Assembly: GCF_031418915.1 (NCBI RefSeq)
Contig: NZ_JANOJV010000175.1
Location: forward strand, 1 to 24,000
DNA: 24,000 bases
DNA from: Chamaesiphon sp. VAR_48_metabat_135_sub
GTDB lineage: Bacteria > Cyanobacteriota > Cyanobacteriia > Cyanobacteriales > Chamaesiphonaceae
Direction of reading: 5' to 3'
Shown here: piece by piece, positions 15,743 through 24,000 of the stretch
Position numbering within the stretch: the first letter of the stretch is position 1
Layout: every line of letters begins with the position of its first letter
Program-made: the position numbers and the translations under genes
The notes under the pieces: generated by a model
Told to the model about the DNA's origin: nothing
Databases searched by the model: none
What the model saw: only the letters and a program-made list of their open reading frames with translations

Positions 15743-15944
15743 TTTCTCGATTGTTTCTGCTGCGGCGGCTACTTTTCCACTCTGCGAGTTGGTAAAATTT
15801 CGCCAATGTCTGTATATTCAAAAAAGTCCTGGAGTCGATCGATCTCAAACAAATGACTTATGCAAGATATTTATCCGAGATCGTTAGTCGAGAATTAATA
15901 CCATCAAATTCAATACAATACTACATTATAGATCTGCGGCTAAA

Positions 15945-17654
15945 TTAGAACAGGAAATAACGCTGCGCCATTGGTAAAACAGTCGCAGGTTCACAGGTAA
16001 GTAACTCCCCATCCGCTCTCACTTCATAAGTTTCAGGATTAACTTCCATCCGTGGCAATGCGTCATTCAACTTCATATCCCGCTTACTCACATTCCGAGT
16101 CCCCGATACAACTAAAGCCTGTTTTTTCAATTGTAATTGGTCTGGTAAATACCGCTCCATTGCAATCTGGGAAATAAAGGTAAACGCAGTATTAGTTCTC
16201 GCACTACCATAACTCCCAAACATCGGTCGTATATGTACTGGTTGAGGTGTGGGAATACTAGCATTGGCATCGCCCATTTGTGCCCAGGCAATCATTCCAC
16301 CCTTAATTACGGTTTCTGGTTTGACTCCAAAAAAGGCAGGTTTCCATAATACTAAATCAGCAATTTTACCAGACTCGATCGATCCCACATAGTTACTAAT
16401 CCCGTGGGTAATCGCCGGATTGATTGTGTATTTAGAAATATAGCGTTTTGCTCGCAAATTATCCGCAGGTTGACGATCGTTTGGTAAACCACCCCGTTGG
16501 ACTTTCATTTTATGGGCAGTTTGCCAAGTCCGAATAATTGATTCGCCAATTCTCCCCATCGCTTGAGAGTCGGAAGAAATCATACTAAATGCGCCCAAAT
16601 CGTGGAGAATATCTTCAGCCGCGATCGTTTCTCTGCGAATTCTGGACTCGGCAAAAGCGACATCTTCAGGGATACTCGGACTCAAATGGTGACACACCAT
16701 TAACATATCCAAATGTTCGTCGAGGGTATTTAAAGTATACGGACGAGTCGGATTAGTAGAAGAGGGTAATACATTTGCTTCCCCACAGACTTTGATAATA
16801 TCTGGCGCATGTCCACCGCCTGCACCTTCGGTATGGTAAGTGTGAATTGTCCGCCCTTTAAACGCCGCAATTGTTGTCTCCACAAACCCCGCTTCATTGA
16901 GCGTATCCGAGTGAATCGCTACCTGAACATCATACTCATCCGCCACATTCAAACAATTATCGATCGCGGCGGGAGTAGTTCCCCAATCTTCATGCAATTT
17001 TAACCCGATTGCGCCTGCTTCTATCTGTTCGACCAAACCTTGAGGCTGACTGCTATTTCCCTTCCCCAATAAACCGATATTCATCGGAAAGGCATCCGCC
17101 GCCTGTAGCATCCTGTACATATTCCACACCCCAGGCGTACACGTCGTTGCACTCGTTCCGGCTGCTGGTCCAGTACCACCACCAATCATCGTTGTAATCC
17201 CCGACGCGATCGCTACATCAATCTGTTGCGGGCAGATAAAATGAATGTGGGTATCAATCCCCCCCGCTGTCAAAATCGACCCCTCCCCAGCGATAATTTC
17301 GGTACCTGGGCCGATAATAATATCAACATTATCTTGAATATAGGGATTCCCTGCCTTGCCTACTTTGTAAATTTTCCCATCCTTAATCCCCACATCTGCC
17401 TTAATAATTCCCCACCAATCCAGAATCACCGCATTGGTAATTACCAAATCCACCGCACCATCGGCGTTAGAAATCGGCGACTGTCCCATCCCATCCCGAA
17501 TTACCTTTCCGCCACCAAATTTTACCTCATCCCCATAGGTCGTCAAATCTCGCTCGATTTCGATGAATAACTCTGTATCCGCAAGCCGGACTCGATCGCC
17601 TGTAGTGGGACCGTATGTCTGAGCGTAAGCACGGCGATCCATTCTATAACTCAT
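15945..17654 (-). CDS. ureC: Urease subunit alpha
   Basis: [63 protein letters not shown] and MVCHHL: all nickel-centre motifs are present. 569 aa. Confidence 0.95.
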   Translation of the reverse strand: MSYRMDRRAYAQTYGPTTGDRVRLADTELFIEIERDLTTYGDEVKFGGGKVIRDGMGQSPISNADGAVDLVITNAVILDWWGIIKADVGIKDGKIYKVGKAGNPYIQDNVDIIIGPGTEIIAGEGSILTAGGIDTHIHFICPQQIDVAIASGITTMIGGGTGPAAGTSATTCTPGVWNMYRMLQAADAFPMNIGLLGKGNSSQPQGLVEQIEAGAIGLKLHEDWGTTPAAIDNCLNVADEYDVQVAIHSDTLNEAGFVETTIAAFKGRTIHTYHTEGAGGGHAPDIIKVCGEANVLPSSTNPTRPYTLNTLDEHLDMLMVCHHLSPSIPEDVAFAESRIRRETIAAEDILHDLGAFSMISSDSQAMGRIGESIIRTWQTAHKMKVQRGGLPNDRQPADNLRAKRYISKYTINPAITHGISNYVGSIESGKIADLVLWKPAFFGVKPETVIKGGMIAWAQMGDANASIPTPQPVHIRPMFGSYGSARTNTAFTFISQIAMERYLPDQLQLKKQALVVSGTRNVSKRDMKLNDALPRMEVNPETYEVRADGELLTCEPATVLPMAQRYFLF

Positions 17655-17761
17655 ATTCAGTCTGGGGAAGAGGTTGGATGATTATCTGGATTTTACTCGG
17701 ATGACGTATTGTCTGCTCGGTATTATGCTGAGTTTGTTTGATACAGGCTATCGGTGCATCG

Positions 17762-20083
17762 TTAATTTTCAGTTTGAGCGAGACGACGAATATTTAGCAC
17801 GTCGCTCATCTGTTTGATTTGAGCAAAACATCGTTCTAATTGGATCTTATCACTAACCTCGATCGACAGATCGATGATTGCGGGTTTAGCATAATGAGTG
17901 ATTACGTTAGCCGATCGCACGTTAATTTTATTATCGGTCAAACGGGACAAGACATCCTTGAGTACGCCGACTCGATCGAGTACTTCCAATTGGACGCTGA
18001 CGGGATAGGTACGTGGTTTCTCTTTGGTGACTTGGGTGTTCCAGCTTACAGGTAATAAGCGATTTCCATCCATCTGTTCGACATTTACGCAGCCTTGGCG
18101 GTGAATCGAAATCCCACTATTGCGCGTGACTAAACCGATAATTGGTTCGCCTGGAATCGGGCTACAACAACCCGCCAAATGATGTAACAGTCCCTCGATG
18201 CCTAGGATTGGGAAGTCGCTATTTTGGGGAGAATTTTGTTTGGGTGCGGTTGTTGGCGGTAGTTCGAGGGTGGGGGTTTGACGATCTTTAACCATCTCGC
18301 GGAGACGATTGACGACCATTTTCTGGGTGATTTCGCCATAGCCCAAACCTGCGAGTAAATCCTCGACGGTGACATAGTTACAGCGTTGGGCGACTGCGAG
18401 CATCGGTTCGGATTTTAACAGGGATTCTAGCCCATTTTTGCCCAGTTCTCGCTCTAAAAGTTCGCGCCCTCTAGCCACATTTTCATCTCGATTGGATTTC
18501 TTGTACCATTGAGTAATTCGGTTGCGTGCGCCAGGGCTGACGACGAAGTTCAACCAATCTAGGCTGGGATGACTATTCTCGCGGGTAATAACTTCGACAA
18601 TATCGCCATTTAGCAGGGTCCGAGAAAGGGGGACAATTCGATCGTTGACCTTGGCTCCAGCACAGTGGTTGCCGACTTCGGTATGAATCCGGTAGGCGAA
18701 ATCGACAGCGGTAGAACCTTGGCGGAGGGAGACGACTTCGCCTTTAGGGGTGAAGACGTAGACATCGCGTTCGAGTAAGTGATCTTTGAGACGATCGTCA
18801 AATTCGATCGCATCTTTGACATCATTTTGCCATTCTAATAGTTGTCGCAACCAGGCGAACTTTTCATCGACTTCGGTGCGTCTAGTCGTTGTGGTTGCTT
18901 TATTCGTTTCGGGTTTTGCTACATCCGATTTAGCTGTTTCTTTGTATTTCCAATGAGCGGCGATTCCGTATTCAGCAACATTATGCATTTCTAGCGTGCG
19001 GATCTGGACTTCTAATGGTGTCCCTGTGAATCCGACGACGGTGGTATGTAGAGATTGGTAGCGGTTGTTTTTTGGCAGTCCGATATAATCTTTAAACCTG
19101 CCAGGAATGGGCTTAAATACATCGTGAATTTCGGCTAGTGCTAAATAGCACTCGTGATTTGATTCAACGATAATGCGGATAGCGGTAAGATCGTAAATCT
19201 CGCTAAATTCTTTTTTCTGATACCGCATCTTTTGATAGATACTGTAGAGATGTTTTGGTCTACCGCTGATATCTACATATTTAATGTTCGCTCGATCGAG
19301 TCGATGCCGAATCATCTCGGTTACGTTGGCAATCCTTGCCTCGCGTGCTGTTCGCTTCTCGGCGACTAAATCTTGGATGCGCCGATAATCTTCAGCTTCG
19401 ATATATTTGAACGAGAGATCTTCTAATTCCCACTTAATTCGACCCAAGCCTAATCTATCTGCTAAAGGTGCAAAAATATCGCGCGTTTCTTGGGAAATTG
19501 CTTGCTGTCGTTCGATTCGTAAATGATCGAGAGTACGCATATTATGCACTCGATCTGCTAACTTAACGACGATCACTCGAATATCCTGCGCCATCGCGAC
19601 AAACATGCGGCGGAAATTCTCCGCTTGTTGCTCCTTCTTACTAGAAAATTCAAACTTAGAAAGCTTCGTCACTCCTTCAACTAAATGCGCCGTTTCCGAA
19701 CCAAATCTCGACTCAATCTCATCGATCGTAATGTCCGTATCTTCCACAATATCATGTAAAAAACCTGCCGCAATCATCGCCGAGCCGCCACCTAAATCTC
19801 GCAGCAATCCGGCGACGGCGACAGGATGACAAATATACGGTTCTCCCGACTTCCGTTTTTGTTCGCCATGTAGATCGTAGGCAAATTGAAAGGCATTCTT
19901 AATTAATTGTTTATCTAGATCGATCGCCAGATCTGGATTTTTCTCTCCATCCAAACACTGTTGCAACCAATCGGGAATATCGCAATCGTATGTCAAAATA
20001 CTACTATCGTTAGCTAGAACAGGTTCAGCGATTTTAGCAACATCTTCAATATCGTTAGCAGAAATAGAGATGGGAGTAGTCAT
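17762..20083 (-). CDS. spoT: Bifunctional (p)ppGpp synthetase/hydrolase, RelA/SpoT homologue
   Basis: HD hydrolase motifs (HPVAVA, FLHDIVEDT), synthetase motifs (RPKHLYSIYQKM, IRIIV, EVQIRT), a TGS region and a C-terminal ACT-like region. ATG at 20083 (MTTPISI...) is preferred. The ORF-track start at 20203 is a TTG that adds 40 hydrophobic, non-conserved-looking residues. Confidence 0.9.
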   Translation of the reverse strand: MTTPISISANDIEDVAKIAEPVLANDSSILTYDCDIPDWLQQCLDGEKNPDLAIDLDKQLIKNAFQFAYDLHGEQKRKSGEPYICHPVAVAGLLRDLGGGSAMIAAGFLHDIVEDTDITIDEIESRFGSETAHLVEGVTKLSKFEFSSKKEQQAENFRRMFVAMAQDIRVIVVKLADRVHNMRTLDHLRIERQQAISQETRDIFAPLADRLGLGRIKWELEDLSFKYIEAEDYRRIQDLVAEKRTAREARIANVTEMIRHRLDRANIKYVDISGRPKHLYSIYQKMRYQKKEFSEIYDLTAIRIIVESNHECYLALAEIHDVFKPIPGRFKDYIGLPKNNRYQSLHTTVVGFTGTPLEVQIRTLEMHNVAEYGIAAHWKYKETAKSDVAKPETNKATTTTRRTEVDEKFAWLRQLLEWQNDVKDAIEFDDRLKDHLLERDVYVFTPKGEVVSLRQGSTAVDFAYRIHTEVGNHCAGAKVNDRIVPLSRTLLNGDIVEVITRENSHPSLDWLNFVVSPGARNRITQWYKKSNRDENVARGRELLERELGKNGLESLLKSEPMLAVAQRCNYVTVEDLLAGLGYGEITQKMVVNRLREMVKDRQTPTLELPPTTAPKQNSPQNSDFPILGIEGLLHHLAGCCSPIPGEPIIGLVTRNSGISIHRQGCVNVEQMDGNRLLPVSWNTQVTKEKPRTYPVSVQLEVLDRVGVLKDVLSRLTDNKINVRSANVITHYAKPAIIDLSIEVSDKIQLERCFAQIKQMSDVLNIRRLAQTEN

Positions 20084-20165
20084 GGCGAAGAGAATAGGGT
20101 AGATAATACCAAATGACTTTAAATAGAGATAATTCGAGCAGATGTAGCGATCGATAGATAGAAGT

Positions 20166-20179
20166 GTAAAATTATTTAC
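20166..20179. promoter_or_regulatory. Perfect NtcA-box consensus GTA-N8-TAC in the spoT/patD-like divergent intergenic region
   Basis: GTAAAATTATTTAC read directly. It lies 32 nt upstream of the patD-like ATG. No canonical TAN3T -10 box sits at the usual ~22-nt spacing on either strand. Confidence 0.25.
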
Positions 20180-20210
20180 AGATATACATTCTATTCTAAC
20201 CAAGTTAGTT

Positions 20211-20555
20211 ATGTTGCCAACCGAACAGATTTTAATGTGGCAACAATTATTTAGTCTGCTCTCTAACTTGCCCGCCGACTCTATTCCTGACTTAAAAACC
20301 AGTCTCAGTCAGGCGGTCGAGTTTTTCGAGCATGAGATCCTCAACCAAGATCTCGATCGCCTTCCCGATCCCATCGCTGGTAAAATGCGATCGTATTTAA
20401 CCGAAAGCCATCGGCTATTACGATTACTCCCGATCGATCTAATGTTTATCGCCGCTGCTCGTAATCCCACGACCAGCCACCAACGCCGTCAAGCCTATCA
20501 AGATAAACTAACTCTACTCCTTCAATATTGCCAAGCTGTCACAAGCAATTCATAA
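20211..20555 (+). CDS. PatD-like protein (family annotated as heterocyst frequency control protein)
   Basis: 114 aa. The pattern ...MRSYLTESHRLLRLLPIDLMFIAAARNPTTSHQRRQAYQDKLTLLLQYCQAV resembles my recollection of PatD-family proteins. This is not verified. Confidence 0.4.
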   Translation: MLPTEQILMWQQLFSLLSNLPADSIPDLKTSLSQAVEFFEHEILNQDLDRLPDPIAGKMRSYLTESHRLLRLLPIDLMFIAAARNPTTSHQRRQAYQDKLTLLLQYCQAVTSNS

Positions 20556-20570
20556 TTCTAATTACTAATT

Positions 20571-20605
20571 CAAAGCCCAAAGCCTAAAGCCCAAAGCCTA
20601 AAGCC
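20571..20605 (+). repeat. STRR-type heptamer tandem repeat (YAAAGCC)x5
   Basis: CAAAGCC CAAAGCC TAAAGCC CAAAGCC TAAAGCC, then TAAA-ATG. A partial sixth unit runs into the start codon of the next gene. Confidence 0.95.
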
Positions 20606-20609
20606 TAAA

Positions 20610-21176
20610 ATGGATTGTCCTAAATGTAAGTCTGAGCTGGTAAATGGGATTCTCAGCGATATGCTATTGACAAAACACTGTCAAGAGTGCGCGGGTGAAT
20701 GGATTTCTAGACGTAATTATCAGAGCTGGAGATCCGAACGCCCAGATATTGCAATAAACCCCGATGTTGTCAGTCAAAATTATCATCTCCCCTATACTCC
20801 TAGTCCACTCGATGCAAAAACAGCTCCCTGCCCAGAATGTGGGCGGATTATGGCGAGAGGAAAGATCTCGCTCAAACAACCATTTTATCTCGAACATTGT
20901 CTCACCTGTGGCGGCATCTGGTGCGATCGAGGCGAATGGGCGGTACTCGAACAATTAAAGCTCGACACGAATATCGCCCAAATCTTCTCTGGCGTTTGGC
21001 AAGCTCAGGTTCGCTCCAGCCATCTAAATGAACTCGAACGTCAATCCGTAATCGATAAAATCGGTGTCGAAATGGCACAACGAGTTTTCGAGCTAGCCGA
21101 TCTTCTCTCTAAACACCCTAATGGTGATTTCGCTGCCGCTTATTTGATGCGCCGATTTCAACGAGATCGTGAGTAG
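20610..21176 (+). CDS. zf-TFIIB-type zinc-ribbon domain protein (two ribbons)
   Basis: Ribbon 1 is CPKC...CQEC. Ribbon 2 is CPECG...CLTCGGIWCDRGEWAVLEQL, the typical CxxC...CxxCgGvWlDxGEl pattern. Confidence 0.6.
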   Translation: MDCPKCKSELVNGILSDMLLTKHCQECAGEWISRRNYQSWRSERPDIAINPDVVSQNYHLPYTPSPLDAKTAPCPECGRIMARGKISLKQPFYLEHCLTCGGIWCDRGEWAVLEQLKLDTNIAQIFSGVWQAQVRSSHLNELERQSVIDKIGVEMAQRVFELADLLSKHPNGDFAAAYLMRRFQRDRE

Positions 21177-21255
21177 GGGATAGGGAAGGGTGGGAGTGGG
21201 GGAGTAAGGGAGTAGGGGAGTAACGGAGTAAGAAACCCCCCAACACCCCAACCCC

Positions 21256-22911
21256 ATGCCTCCACTACTAAGCGTCCAAAACCTCTGGGTAACATATCCC
21301 CAAGCAGAATCGAGTCAGCAATTGGTAAATGCGATTGAGGATGTATCCTTTACATTGGCTGCGGGCGAAAAAATCGGCTTTGTTGGGGAATCAGGCTGTG
21401 GTAAATCTACCCTAGGTAAGGCAATAATGCGCTTGCTGCCCACCAATTCTCGGATTGAGGGTGAAATCTTATTTGAGGGACGATCCGTCCCTCAGATGGA
21501 TGCTGAAGCCATTCGCAGATTTCGGGGCGAAGTTGTGGGATTAATCTTTCAAGATCCGATGACACGATTAGATCCGCTAATGAGCATCGGCAATCACTGT
21601 CTGGAAACACTCCAAGCGCATGAACCAAATCTGACCAAACAACAAGCCAAACAACGCGCTCTAGCCACCCTAGCAGCCGTCAAAATCCCTGAAGAGCGGT
21701 GGAACCAGTATCCCCACGAATTCAGCGGTGGAATGCGCCAGCGGGTGGCGATCGCGTTAGCTTTGCTATTAAACCCTAAGCTGATTATTGCCGACGAACC
21801 GACGACGAGTTTAGATGTGCGAGTATCGGCGGAAATACTGCGAGAATTGATGCGGTTGTGTGAAGAACGTCAAATGGGATTATTGTTGATTTCTCACGAT
21901 CTTGCCACGATCGCGACTTATTGCGATCGCATTGTCGTGATGAATAAAGGACGCAAGGAAGAAGAAGGAAGTGTCGAACAGATTTTTGGCGATCCCCAAG
22001 CTGAATACACCAAAATATTACTGAAATCGGCTCTACACACCCAAAATGACAATCGAGTAGCAGATCTGACAGCCACAGCTCTAGCTGATAGGAAGCCAAT
22101 TTTAACACTCGAAGGACTCCAGAAACATTACACGATCGAGACTAGTTTTCTCCAGCGATTGTTCACCAACGCCAAAACTGAAACGATTAAAGCTGTCGAT
22201 AATATTCAGCTCGAACTCTATGAAGGGGAGATCTTTGGCTTAGTCGGCGAATCTGGCTGTGGTAAAAGCACACTCTCTCGCACGATCCTCCAGTTAATTC
22301 CTGCTACGGGCGGTACAGTTACATTTTGCGGTGAAGAACTCACCAAATTATCGCTCAAACAGATTCGCACTAAACGCCGAGAGATGCAGATGATCTTCCA
22401 AGATCCTAGCGCGTCGCTCAACCCGATGATGACCATTGGCGAAAGCATCGGCGATCCTCTGAATATCCATGAGATTAACGCCACCCCCTTCGAGACAAGA
22501 GCGCAAGTGCTAGCAATGCTAGAACGAGTGGGACTGACTCCAGCTTCAGAATACTTCGATAGATACCCCAACCAGCTCTCAGGCGGACAACAGCAGCGGG
22601 TAGGTATCGCTCGAGCGTTGATTACCAAACCCAAATTAGTAATTTGCGACGAACCAGTCAGCATGTTGGATGCTACCATTCAATCAGAAGTATTAGACCT
22701 GATGCTCGAACTCAAACGCGAAGATAATCTCACTTATCTATTTATCACTCACGATCTATGGCTGGCTAAATTTTTATGCGATCGAATTGCCGTAATGAAT
22801 CAAGGTAAAATCGTCGAAATGGGCGAAACCCGAGAAATTTTTAGCAATCCTCAGCAACCATACACTCAAGAGCTACTCGCCGCCGCTCCCCTCTTGACAA
22901 GACAAGGATAA
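21256..22911 (+). CDS. Fused double ABC ATPase of the peptide/nickel (DppD-DppF, YejF/GsiA-like) class
   Basis: Two full cassettes are present. Walker A GESGCGKST occurs twice. The signatures are FSGGMRQR and LSGGQQQR. The Walker B motifs are LIIADEPTTSLD and LVICDEPVSMLD. The H-loops are ISHDL and ITHDL. Confidence 0.9.
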   Translation: MPPLLSVQNLWVTYPQAESSQQLVNAIEDVSFTLAAGEKIGFVGESGCGKSTLGKAIMRLLPTNSRIEGEILFEGRSVPQMDAEAIRRFRGEVVGLIFQDPMTRLDPLMSIGNHCLETLQAHEPNLTKQQAKQRALATLAAVKIPEERWNQYPHEFSGGMRQRVAIALALLLNPKLIIADEPTTSLDVRVSAEILRELMRLCEERQMGLLLISHDLATIATYCDRIVVMNKGRKEEEGSVEQIFGDPQAEYTKILLKSALHTQNDNRVADLTATALADRKPILTLEGLQKHYTIETSFLQRLFTNAKTETIKAVDNIQLELYEGEIFGLVGESGCGKSTLSRTILQLIPATGGTVTFCGEELTKLSLKQIRTKRREMQMIFQDPSASLNPMMTIGESIGDPLNIHEINATPFETRAQVLAMLERVGLTPASEYFDRYPNQLSGGQQQRVGIARALITKPKLVICDEPVSMLDATIQSEVLDLMLELKREDNLTYLFITHDLWLAKFLCDRIAVMNQGKIVEMGETREIFSNPQQPYTQELLAAAPLLTRQG

Positions 22912-23085
22912 AGTCATATTCACTATTTACTATCCCCTAATTTAAATATCCTGACAGAAATTCTATCCCAATGCATGTTAATATTACTCGCGATATGGAT
23001 TCTCGTTGGGAGATGCTTGGCGATCTAATAAATATTAACGGTCGATCGTGTATTTTAAGAGTTAATAAAAATTGGGGTGCAAAAC

Positions 23086-23637
23086 ATGAATGTCTGGAAT
23101 CTCGGTGCAGGTATTGCCAGTATTGCGTCACTGATTTTTCACCTTAGTGGTAAAGGTTCTCGTCTACGGCAATTTACATTACCTACAACCACCGCATTAG
23201 TGGGATTTACGATCGGTAAAAATCAGGCAGATCTCGAACAGACAGCCAGCCTATTTTTGCAAGATCCACACTTATTGCTGATGTTAGTAGTGATGATGTT
23301 ATTATTTGGGTTGACAATGTATTTAGTTGAATTAACTAAGCCAGACGCTAAAATATCTCTGATATTTTTAGTTTTCTTATCAACTATTGCGATACCGCAA
23401 CTGATCAAAAGCTACAATGATATTGCTCCAATGGTTGCTACCCCAGACTATCTCGCTTTAGCAAGAGTCAAGGAAAGCGATGGCAATACTGAAGATGCGA
23501 TCGAGTATTTAAAAATCTACAGCAGACGAATCGATCGAGTCGAGCTGAAAAAACAAGTTAATGAAAAAATTGCTAATCTTCGCAAACAACAATTCAAGCG
23601 AGAATCTACTGCGAAGATTAAAAATAAAGATAATTAG
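23086..23637 (+). CDS. Hypothetical membrane protein with a Lys-rich C-terminal tail
   Basis: About 4 hydrophobic segments followed by a charged, possibly helical tail. ATG at 23086 is preferred over the GTG at 23077. I recognise no family. Confidence 0.5.
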   Translation: MNVWNLGAGIASIASLIFHLSGKGSRLRQFTLPTTTALVGFTIGKNQADLEQTASLFLQDPHLLLMLVVMMLLFGLTMYLVELTKPDAKISLIFLVFLSTIAIPQLIKSYNDIAPMVATPDYLALARVKESDGNTEDAIEYLKIYSRRIDRVELKKQVNEKIANLRKQQFKRESTAKIKNKDN

Positions 23638-23695
23638 ATATTGAAGAATTGATAATTGATAATTAACAAATTAAATACTTGGTGGTAAACATTGG

Positions 23696-24000
23696 ATGAA
23701 CGAGATAAGATTGAGGATAAAAAATACTAGATCTCATGTCTCGATCGTTTATCTTCTTGCTGCTGTAATTGGGTCGATCTTAATTGGGTGTGAAAGTATC
23801 AATAGTTCTAGTAAGCAGCAATCTACCCAAAGTGCAAATACCATGACCAAAGAGGCTCCAGTCGATCGTGTAGCATCTTCACAAAAGCATCAACCCAAAT
23901 CCAAACCCAAAATTGATACCGCTCGCGGAAATATTCCTGCCACCAGCAACCAGTCTGCAAGTACTGGTGAGGTAGTGGGTATTCAGCAAGGTATGCCATA
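23696..24000 (+). CDS. Putative lipoprotein, 5' partial (runs off the window)
   Basis: Not in the ORF track. ATG at 23696 and open to the window end. MNEIRLRIKNTRSHVSIVYLLAAVIGSILIGC has a positive n-region, a hydrophobic core and an LIGC lipobox. A Ser/Gln/Lys-rich linker follows. Confidence 0.45.
   Translation, partial: MNEIRLRIKNTRSHVSIVYLLAAVIGSILIGCESINSSSKQQSTQSANTMTKEAPVDRVASSQKHQPKSKPKIDTARGNIPATSNQSASTGEVVGIQQGMP

Noticed and set aside
15743-15860. A possible frameshifted upstream extension of the 62-aa ORF (a second frame reads LFEIDRLQDFFEYTDIGEILPTRRVEK-stop just upstream)
   Set aside because: It is only about 27 codons with no ATG and no family that I recognise. That is not enough to call a pseudogene.
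15945-17654. ureC without adjacent ureA/ureB or accessory genes, as a possible pseudogene or relic
   Set aside because: The ORF is full length with all nickel-ligand and carbamyl-lysine motifs. Scattered ure genes are normal in several cyanobacteria, for example Synechocystis.
20084-20203. A 40-aa N-terminal extension of SpoT from a TTG start. Similar TTG/GTG extensions are given in the ORF track for the TPR, RloB-like, aminotransferase and 23077 ORFs.
   Set aside because: The extensions are hydrophobic or non-conserved-looking. Downstream ATG or GTG codons give N-termini typical of the families. The ORF track reports the longest ORF with alternative starts.
1-24000. tRNA, rRNA or tmRNA genes
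   Set aside because: I scanned the intergenic regions for T-arm-like GGTTCGA(A/G)TCC motifs and cloverleaf-sized structured segments and found none. This is a by-eye scan only; tRNAscan-SE and Infernal would be decisive.

Overview
Cyanobacterial chromosomal window. Evidence: many HIP1 GCGATCGC octamers, heavy CGATCG content, heptamer STRR-type tandem repeats, and KGK, PatD-like and Uma2 families. The left 6.6 kb is an accessory/defence-type island that sits directly against the 3' end of mutS. It holds four modules. (1) An ABC-type AAA_21 ATPase plus an RloB/Toprim-like protein (AbiL/PARIS-like), compositionally foreign. (2) A BrnT/BrnA toxin-antitoxin pair with an N-terminally short toxin. 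(3) A co-oriented kptA (Tpt1 RNA 2'-phosphotransferase) plus an unusual lid-less classical AAA+ ATPase with an unrecognised 250-aa N-domain; this is my best candidate for an undescribed system. (4) A tnpB-only IS200/IS605 element with IS608-like end geometry. It carries two in-frame copies of a ~50-nt palindromic element, one of which truncates TnpB inside the omega-RNA region. A decayed Uma2 (DUF820) pseudogene follows the island. The remainder is mostly housekeeping: a giant ~46-repeat TPR protein, a class V aminotransferase, MgtC, a KGK protein, orphan ureC, a RelA/SpoT homologue, a PatD-like protein, a zf-TFIIB protein and a fused double ABC ATPase. Several simple tandem repeats, including a 66-nt G-quadruplex-capable tract, run directly into start codons. 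I found no tRNA, rRNA or CRISPR array. All calls come from reading the sequence and the translations; no searches were run.
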